Below, piece by piece: positions 56,777-64,000 of a stretch of DNA of 64,000 nt. The translations under genes and the position numbers were made by a program. The notes beneath the pieces were generated by a model, which ran no database searches, was not told the DNA's origin, and saw only the letters and a list, made by a program, of their open reading frames with translations. Source of the stretch: PVC group bacterium (lineage in GTDB: Bacteria > Auribacterota > Erginobacteria > Erginobacterales > Erginobacteraceae); NCBI GenBank assembly GCA_040773245.1, contig JAXGWO010000004.1, positions 4,290-68,289 on the forward strand, read 5' to 3'. Positions within the stretch are counted from its first letter, which is position 1. Every line of letters starts with the position of its first letter.

Positions 56777-58003
56777 ATGAGCAAGAAAGGGGAGATTGTC
56801 GCCGGTCTCGACGTGGGGACGACCAAGATCTGTCTCCTGGTCGGCGAACGGACGGGGGAGGATGAAGTGCGCATCCTCGGCGTGGGCAGTCAGCCCTCGT
56901 TCGGGATGCGGAAGGGAGAGGTGGTGAACGTGGAGCGGACCGTGGAGTCGATCCGCAAGGCTCTCGAACAGGCCGAGGACACCTGCGGGATGAAGATCGA
57001 TTCGGCCTACGTCGGGATCGCCGGGGGCCACGTGGAAAGTTATAACCGCCGGGCGATCCTGCCGATCGTCAACCCCGCGGCCGGCGTCAGCCGGAAGGAT
57101 ATGTCCGCCGCGGTGGAGGCGGCCGGCCGGATCTCGCTTCCCCCGGACCGGGAGATTATCCACGTCCTGGCCCAGGACTACTCGGTCGATGACCGGACGG
57201 GGATCATCGAACCGGAGGGGATCCAGGGTTCGCGGCTGGAGGCCAACGTCCACCTGGTGACCGCGCGGACGCCGGCGGTGGAGGATATCCTCAACTGCGT
57301 CCGGCAGGCCGGCCTGGGAGTGGCGGAGATTATGCTCCAGCAGCTGGCCTCCAGCCTGGCGGTGATGACGGACGAGGAGCAGGAGTCGGGGGCGATCCTG
57401 ATCGATATCGGGGGGGGCACCACCGACTACGTCTTCTTCCGCAACAACATAGTCCGCCACACCCGGGTTCTCCCGGTGGGCGGAGACCACGTGACCAACG
57501 ACATCAGCCTGGGGATGAAGCTGCGGATCCCCCAGGCCGAGGAGTTGAAGAAGAGATCCGCCTCGGCCCTCTCCGCCCGGGTGGGGGAGGACGAGCAGCT
57601 CTCCCTCCCCGCGGCCCTGGTCCGTTCGTCCGGCGGGCCGTCGCGGAAGACCCTCTGCCGGATCGTCGAGCTGAGACTCGCCGAACTCTTCCAGCTGATC
57701 CGCCGGGATCTGGAAAAGGCCGAACTCTTCCAGAACATCGGCAGCGGGATCGTCCTGACCGGGGGAGGGGCCCTGCTCGGGGATATCGCGCTGCTGGCGG
57801 AGCGGGAAACGGAGCTCCCGGTGCGGCTCGGCCTCCCCCACGGCTTCTGCGGCCTGAGGGAGGTGATCGACAGCCCGGTTTTCGCGACCGCGGCGGGCCT
57901 GGTCAAGTACGGCCTGAATTGCGGGCAGACCCGCTCGACCCGGCCGCCCGGCCGGGGGAGCGTCTTCGGCGTACTCCGGCGGTGGCTGGATCGTTATTTT
58001 TAA
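56777..58003 (+). CDS. ftsA: Cell division protein FtsA.
   Basis: Actin-like ATPase, GLDVGTTKICLLVG phosphate-1 motif, 408 aa. Confidence 0.9.
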   Translation: MSKKGEIVAGLDVGTTKICLLVGERTGEDEVRILGVGSQPSFGMRKGEVVNVERTVESIRKALEQAEDTCGMKIDSAYVGIAGGHVESYNRRAILPIVNPAAGVSRKDMSAAVEAAGRISLPPDREIIHVLAQDYSVDDRTGIIEPEGIQGSRLEANVHLVTARTPAVEDILNCVRQAGLGVAEIMLQQLASSLAVMTDEEQESGAILIDIGGGTTDYVFFRNNIVRHTRVLPVGGDHVTNDISLGMKLRIPQAEELKKRSASALSARVGEDEQLSLPAALVRSSGGPSRKTLCRIVELRLAELFQLIRRDLEKAELFQNIGSGIVLTGGGALLGDIALLAERETELPVRLGLPHGFCGLREVIDSPVFATAAGLVKYGLNCGQTRSTRPPGRGSVFGVLRRWLDRYF

Positions 58004-58027
58004 CTGTGATCAGCGTCGGGAGGGATT

Positions 58028-59188
58028 ATGAGCAAGCAGGAGGAACCAGGCAAGTTAGCCCTCTGGGGGGTCGGCGATCAGGGGATCCGGGTCATCTCCT
58101 CCCTGCCGGAAGAGGTCCGGCGGCGGGTCCGGCCGGCGGCGGTCGACTCCGACCTCCAGTCCCTGATCTGCGGGCCGACCGTGCAGAAGATCAGGATCGG
58201 GTCCAAGTCCGGCCCCGCCAACGGTCCGGGCGGGGATCCGGAAAAACTGCTGAAGGCATTCCGGGAGAGCGAGGAGAAGATCCGGGAGAAACTCTCCGAG
58301 GCCCAGATCCTGCTCGTGGTCGGCGGACTCGGGGGAGGGGTGGGGAGCGTCCTGATCCCCGCCCTCTGCCGCTGCGCCCGGCAGCGCAAGATCATCACCC
58401 TTGTCTTCGCCACCCGCCCTTTTGCCTTTGAGGGGAAGAAGAGAAGCCGGATCTACCAGCAGGCGAGAAAGGAGATCGAGGAGAGCGGGGTCGGGATGGC
58501 CTGTTTCTCCCTCGACCGGCTGGTCGGCCGGATCGAGGAAGAAATACCCCACCAGGAGGTCTTCCATCGCTGCGACCGGATCCTGAGGGACGCGGTGGAG
58601 TGCGCCGTCGCCTACCTCTTGTCCCCGCCCGACCAGGGCGGCGATCGGTCCTCCCTGGGGGACGTTTTCGCCGCCTCCGGGGAGGCGGTGATGGGCGTGG
58701 AAGAGGCGGCCGGGCCGGAGGAATTGGTGAAGTCGGCCAAGGCGGCGCTTTCCTCCCTGTCGCTCTCCGCCGCCGAACTGGCCGGGGTCCGGGGGGTGCT
58801 GGTCCAGATCGACGGACCGGAAGCGATCCCCTTCCGCCGGGTGCAGGAGGCGATCGGTTCGATCTCCCGGCTGCTCGGCGAAGAGACCGACCTGCTTTAC
58901 ACCGTCACCCGGCGGGAAGAGCCCGGGTGGAAGATCAGTTTCCGCCTTTTGGCCGGGGGGATCGCCTCCGGCCCGCCCCGCGGCGCGGGCTCCCCGATCC
59001 CGGTGACCCTGAACCGCGACGGCCACCGCCCCCGGCAGGAGAAGATGGATTTCGACAAGTTCACCCGGGGAGTGTTCGCCCCGACCGAGCCGACCTCCCG
59101 GGACGGCGAGGACCTGGATATCCCGACCTTCATCCGGCAGGGCGTCCAGCTGGAAGGGGAAGGAAAAGACGCCCGGTCGGTGCCATGA
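58028..59188 (+). CDS. ftsZ: Divergent FtsZ homologue with degenerate GTP-binding and catalytic motifs but a conserved C-terminal peptide.
   Basis: Aligns along its length with FtsZ (AVDSDLQSL, TRPFAFEGKKR, GVRGVLVQI, C-terminal DLDIPTFIR). The G1 box reads GVGDQGIRV instead of GVGGGGGNA, and the T4 loop reads GGLGGGVGS instead of GGGTGTG. Confidence 0.8.
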   Translation: MSKQEEPGKLALWGVGDQGIRVISSLPEEVRRRVRPAAVDSDLQSLICGPTVQKIRIGSKSGPANGPGGDPEKLLKAFRESEEKIREKLSEAQILLVVGGLGGGVGSVLIPALCRCARQRKIITLVFATRPFAFEGKKRSRIYQQARKEIEESGVGMACFSLDRLVGRIEEEIPHQEVFHRCDRILRDAVECAVAYLLSPPDQGGDRSSLGDVFAASGEAVMGVEEAAGPEELVKSAKAALSSLSLSAAELAGVRGVLVQIDGPEAIPFRRVQEAIGSISRLLGEETDLLYTVTRREEPGWKISFRLLAGGIASGPPRGAGSPIPVTLNRDGHRPRQEKMDFDKFTRGVFAPTEPTSRDGEDLDIPTFIRQGVQLEGEGKDARSVP

Positions 59189-59904
59189 TCCTGGTCAAAG
59201 CCGGCAAGATCCTGCTCGGGATTCTCCTCCTCCCGGCCTGCGTGGCGGCCACGGCGGCCTTCGGCCGGGAAGTCTTCCCGGTCCTCTTCCGGGAGATCTG
59301 GTTTCTCGCCGGCCTGTTCGCCTACCTGCTCCTCCTGGGAATCTTCCAGCAGCCGATCCGGACCTACATCTTCGGCCACGAGCTGACCCACGTCCTCTGG
59401 GTCTGGCTCTTCGGCGGGCAGGTCAAGGGTTTCAAGGCGGCGGCGCGGGGGGGCGAGGTGAGGACCACCCGCTCGAATTTCCTGATCTTCCTCTCCCCCT
59501 ATTTCTTCCCGCTCTACAGCGCCCTGGCGATCGGGATCTACCTCCTCCTCGGCCTGATCTGGGAGCTGCCCCCGGCGTCGCGCGGCTACCTGAGTTTCGC
59601 CCTCGGCTTCACCTGGGCCTTCCACCTGACCCTGACCATCTACGTGATCATCCAGGGGCAGCCCGACATCTGGGCGGCGGGACGGGTCTTCTCCTTCCCC
59701 TTCATCTACCTGGTGAACGTGGTGATCCTGGCCGCCCTGATCATCTTCGTCACCCCGCGATCCCCCACCCGCTTTTTCTTCGCCTCGCTCTGGGAACAGA
59801 CCCGCGAAGATTACCTCTCGATCTGGAACGATGGGCCCCAGTTCTGCCGCCGGCACTACCAGCTCTTCCGGGACAAGGCTTCCGCATTCCTGGCCGGAAG
59901 CTGA
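59185..59904 (+). CDS. Polytopic membrane protein with an intramembrane HExxH motif; putative zinc metalloprotease, DUF3267/M50-like.
   Basis: ATG overlaps the ftsZ stop. About 6 TM helices and FGHELTHVLW within a TM segment. Confidence 0.65.
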   Translation: MILVKAGKILLGILLLPACVAATAAFGREVFPVLFREIWFLAGLFAYLLLLGIFQQPIRTYIFGHELTHVLWVWLFGGQVKGFKAAARGGEVRTTRSNFLIFLSPYFFPLYSALAIGIYLLLGLIWELPPASRGYLSFALGFTWAFHLTLTIYVIIQGQPDIWAAGRVFSFPFIYLVNVVILAALIIFVTPRSPTRFFFASLWEQTREDYLSIWNDGPQFCRRHYQLFRDKASAFLAGS

Positions 59905-60036
59905 ACCGCCGTCCCTTCCCCGGCGATGATTCCCGGGAAAATACTATCTCCGGGGGACGGTCTTCTCTTATAATCCCTCTTCCACCGGCCTGATCCCCGG
60001 CCGGGGACAGGAAATTATATTCAGGAGGAAGAAGAT

Positions 60037-60540
60037 ATGAAGATCAAGTCGATGGCGGTTGTTGCCGCTCTGGGAGCGGTTCTCTTCGTTCCCGTCCCCC
60101 GGGCGGAAGGGCGGGACCTGGTTTCCATCCGGAGGGTCCGGACCATACCCAACCCGGCCCCGGATAAGGTGCCGGGGGAAGAAGTCCTGGAGGTGACCTT
60201 CTCGCTCGATACCCCGGGTTGGGCGGGAGGGATGGGCTGGTGCCTGAAGTACTACGGCCCGGATAAGGGACTGCGGGGAGAGGAGACGGAGGCCTACATC
60301 GATCCGGCGAGGAACCCGATGTCCCGGATCCGCGATCGCCGCTTCAAGGGCCAGACCGTCTTCACCCTGCTCTTCCCCCTGCGGGAAGGAGCGGAATACA
60401 CGGTCCTGCTTCTGGGCAACGTAATCAGCAGTTCGGTCATCCTCCATCCCTACACCGCCCTGCTGGAGGATTTCAACGTTCCGACCGGCGAACTGAACGC
60501 CGCCCTCGCCCGCTCCCGCCTGACCGTGCTGGAGAACTGA
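60037..60540 (+). CDS. Hypothetical secreted protein.
   Basis: Signal peptide MKIKSMAVVAALGAVLFVPVPRA and a GGAGG RBS. No family recognised. Confidence 0.55.
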   Translation: MKIKSMAVVAALGAVLFVPVPRAEGRDLVSIRRVRTIPNPAPDKVPGEEVLEVTFSLDTPGWAGGMGWCLKYYGPDKGLRGEETEAYIDPARNPMSRIRDRRFKGQTVFTLLFPLREGAEYTVLLLGNVISSSVILHPYTALLEDFNVPTGELNAALARSRLTVLEN

Positions 60541-60583
60541 CCGGCTTTTTCCGACGGGATGACGGGATCTCAAGGATTTTTTT

Positions 60584-60750
60584 GACAGGATAACAGGGTA
60601 AACAGATATTTTAGACAGGATAACAGGATCAACTGGATTGTTTTAGGGAAGTTGGGATTGAGTCTTTAGTTGTGTGGCAATCATAGGTTTGGCGCGGAAT
60701 CTCTATTCCCCATTCCCCAAACACCATCCTGTCAATCCTGTTATCCTGTC
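60584..60750. repeat. Low-GC element bounded by GACAGGATAACAGG repeats: two direct copies plus one inverted copy.
   Basis: GACAGGATAACAGG at 60584-60597 and 60614-60627; CCTGTTATCCTGTC at 60737-60750. The interior is about 40% GC. Confidence 0.6.
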
Positions 60751-60814
60751 TAAAAAGGGGGTGAGGTAGGGGGAATATATAGAAATTCCCGACTATCTGC
60801 TCACAGAGAAGAGC

Positions 60815-62668
60815 ATGAATTTTATCGAAGAGATCGGAAACCGGATCCTGGTCGGGGACGGGGCGATGGGGACCTACCTCCTCGCCCGGGGGGTCTCTCC
60901 CGGCCAGAATTTCGAGGCTCTCTGTCTGACCGACCCGGAGCTGATCCGGAGCGTCCACCGGGAGTACGTGGCCGCCGGGGCCGACCTAATCGAGACCAAC
61001 ACCTTCGGGGCCAACCGGATCCGTCTCCGCCCGGCCGGTTACGGGCGCCAGGCGGCCAGGATCAACCGGGAGGCGGCCCAACTCGCCCGGTCGGCCGCCG
61101 GGGACGCGGTCCTGGTCGCCGGGGCGGTGGGGATGATCCCGGCTCCGGACCGGGAACCGCCCGCCCCGGGCGGTCCCGCCGGGGAGGAACTGCTGGAGGC
61201 CTACCGGGAGCAGATCGCGGCCCTGGCCGAGGGCGGGGTGGACCTGATCATCCTGGAGACTTTCGAGGAGTGGGAGAACCTCTCCCTTGCCCTCCGGGCG
61301 GCCCGGGAAGCTTCGCCGCTCCCGGTGGTCGCCCAGATGGCCCATTCCAACCGGGGGATCTCCATCTTCGGGGCCACGGCCGAGGAGTGCTGCCGCCGGG
61401 CGCTGGATTCCGGGGCGGCGGTCTTCGGCAGCAACTGCGGCGGGGGCTTCGCTTCGGTGGAGGCGGTCCTGCGGGGGGCGGCCCGGGTGGAGGGAGCGAC
61501 CCTTTCGGCCTTCCCCAACGCCGGGGTCCCGGAGCTGGTCCAGGGGAGGATAATCTATCCCTCCGGTCCGGATTACTTCGCCGGCAAGTGCCGGGAGCTG
61601 ATCGATCTCGGCGCCCGGCTGATCGGCGGCTGCTGCGGTACCAGCCCCCGCCACATCCGCGCCCTGCGCCGGACCCTTGACGGGAGGGTTTCCCCGCCGG
61701 TTCGGCCCCGTCCGCGGCTCGCCGCCGCCCCGGCGCCGGCCCTCCGGCTTTCGGTCGAGGGGGGATTCCTCGCCGGACTGCGGGGAGACCGTCTCCCGAT
61801 CATCGTCGAGATCGATCCCCCGACGGCTCCTGACCTGGAAAAGGTGGTGGAGGGGGCGGTGGCGGTGAAGAACGCCGGGGCGGACGCGGTCTCGATGGCC
61901 GAGAACCCCCTGGCCGCCCTCCGGGTCTCGCCGGTCTCCGCCGGGGCCGAGGTCCGTCGCCGGGCGGGGATCCAGGTCATACCCCACCTGACCGCGCGGG
62001 ATCACAGCGTCCTCGGTCTCCAGTCGCTTTTGCTGGGGGCGGCGGTCTCCGGGCTGGAGGCGGTCCTGGCGGTGACCGGCGACCCGGCGGGGAAGGGGGA
62101 CGGGACCGGGGAACGGGGGGTCTTCGCCGTCAACAGCGTCCACCTGGCCGGCCTGGCCGACCAGCTCAACCGGGGCCACCTCCTCTCGGGGCAGGACCTG
62201 GCCCGGCCGACCGACCTCTCGATCGGGGTGGCCTTCAACGCCAACGCCGCCAACCTCCCGGCCGAGGCCGACCGGCTGCGGAAGAAGGCGGCGGCCGGCG
62301 CCCGCTTCGCGATGACCCAGCCGGTCTTCTCCGCCGCCCGGGCGCGGGAAGTGATCGCCGCCGGCGAGGGGATCGGGGTCAGGATCTTCATCGGGGTCTA
62401 TCCCCTCCTCTCGCTGAGAAACGCCGACTTTATGGCCAACGAGGTCCCCGGGATTACCATCCCGGGGGAGGTCCGGAAACGGCTGGAAGATTCCGGAGAC
62501 CGGGCCGCCCAGCGCCGGGCCGGTTTGGAGATTGCCTGGGAACTGATCGAGGAGGTCCGGGTGGAGATCGACGGACTCTACCTGGTCAGCCCCCTCAACA
62601 TCTGGTCCCTCCCCCGGGAACTGGTCCGGAGGGTCCGGGCCGCGGAAAAAACTAAAAGCCTTGACTGA
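60815..62668 (+). CDS. Bifunctional homocysteine S-methyltransferase / 5,10-methylenetetrahydrofolate reductase.
   Basis: N-terminal Hcy-binding pterin-type barrel (VGDGAMGT, Cys ligands GSNCGGG...GGCCGT) and a C-terminal MetF-like domain. Confidence 0.85.
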   Translation: MNFIEEIGNRILVGDGAMGTYLLARGVSPGQNFEALCLTDPELIRSVHREYVAAGADLIETNTFGANRIRLRPAGYGRQAARINREAAQLARSAAGDAVLVAGAVGMIPAPDREPPAPGGPAGEELLEAYREQIAALAEGGVDLIILETFEEWENLSLALRAAREASPLPVVAQMAHSNRGISIFGATAEECCRRALDSGAAVFGSNCGGGFASVEAVLRGAARVEGATLSAFPNAGVPELVQGRIIYPSGPDYFAGKCRELIDLGARLIGGCCGTSPRHIRALRRTLDGRVSPPVRPRPRLAAAPAPALRLSVEGGFLAGLRGDRLPIIVEIDPPTAPDLEKVVEGAVAVKNAGADAVSMAENPLAALRVSPVSAGAEVRRRAGIQVIPHLTARDHSVLGLQSLLLGAAVSGLEAVLAVTGDPAGKGDGTGERGVFAVNSVHLAGLADQLNRGHLLSGQDLARPTDLSIGVAFNANAANLPAEADRLRKKAAAGARFAMTQPVFSAARAREVIAAGEGIGVRIFIGVYPLLSLRNADFMANEVPGITIPGEVRKRLEDSGDRAAQRRAGLEIAWELIEEVRVEIDGLYLVSPLNIWSLPRELVRRVRAAEKTKSLD

Positions 62669-62802
62669 GCTCGAGAGCGTAGTAGTATGGCGAAGTGGGA
62701 AGTGCCTAAAGTTCAAAGTTCGAAGTTATCCAATCCCCGCTGCCGCCCATCTGGCTCGGGTGGAAGCAATCAGCAAAACCAACACCCAAAGGGAGGAAAT
62801 TA

Positions 62803-63810
<1,008 letters not shown>

Positions 63811-63863
63811 GAAGTTGTCCCCGGCGTCCTTTGGGTCCTTTGGTTGTTAAACACTGAAAGCCT

Positions 63864-64000
63864 ATGAAAAAGCTCGGCATCCAGGATCTGGATTTAAAGG
63901 GCAAGCGCGCCCTCATCCGCGTCGACTTCAACGTGCCGCTCGACGGGACGGGGAAGATCACCGACGACACCCGGATCCGGGCGGCCCTGCCCACCATCCG
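63864..64000 (+). CDS. pgk: Phosphoglycerate kinase, N-terminal fragment truncated by the window end.
   Basis: [26 protein letters not shown] conserved Pgk N-terminus. Confidence 0.8.
   Translation, partial: MKKLGIQDLDLKGKRALIRVDFNVPLDGTGKITDDTRIRAALPTI

Noticed and set aside
60986-62716. 576-aa minus-strand ORF antisense to the homocysteine methyltransferase/MTHFR gene.
   Set aside because: Same antisense artefact pattern; the plus-strand gene has strong family signatures.

Overview
This is a high-GC (about 65-70%) bacterial chromosomal segment. Almost all real genes lie on the + strand; the long antisense ORFs in the track are mostly GC artefacts. The contents, in order, are as follows.

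- Cell-envelope sugar genes: a GT2 glycosyltransferase, a flippase-like membrane protein, a short RmlA-like nucleotidyltransferase, RmlB and RmlD. No rmlC is present in the window.
- A Trm112-like protein, aroQ, an M24 aminopeptidase, a PFK-family kinase, gmhA, rfaE domain II, thiC, a PfkB kinase and tRNA-Gly(CCC).
- A HIT protein and a secreted LysM protein.
- A Firmicute-like block of phoH, a 7TM-HD protein, ybeY, a dgkA-PAP2 fusion, recO and glyQ/glyS.
- ppdK, a sigma-70 factor, apt, a phosphomannomutase-family gene, uppP and purC.
- A minus-strand low-GC islet encoding a secreted Cys-rich beta-helix protein plus a small secreted peptide.
- A minus-strand trio of an SDR, a serine-palmitoyltransferase-like alpha-oxoamine synthase and a BioF2-like GNAT acyltransferase. 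This is a candidate ceramide-like lipid pathway.
- A hypothetical secreted protein with XdhC and a MobA-like gene, a secreted beta-CASP metallo-beta-lactamase nuclease, tRNA-Val(CAC), a zinc-ribbon coiled-coil protein, and an RNase P RNA gene (rnpB) that the ORF track does not show.
- A complete dcw cluster from mraZ to ftsZ.
- A bifunctional homocysteine methyltransferase/MTHFR, gapA and the start of pgk.

The most unusual region is the dcw cluster. Its FtsZ has degenerate GTP-binding and catalytic motifs but keeps the conserved C-terminal peptide. The cluster also carries inserted accessory genes: a LysM lipoprotein, a 59-aa four-Cys protein and a membrane HExxH protein.

The window also holds two families of palindromic intergenic short-tandem-repeat arrays: the hexamer GATAGC/GATCCC and the heptamers GGGCAGT and CAGAAGT/CAGAATA.
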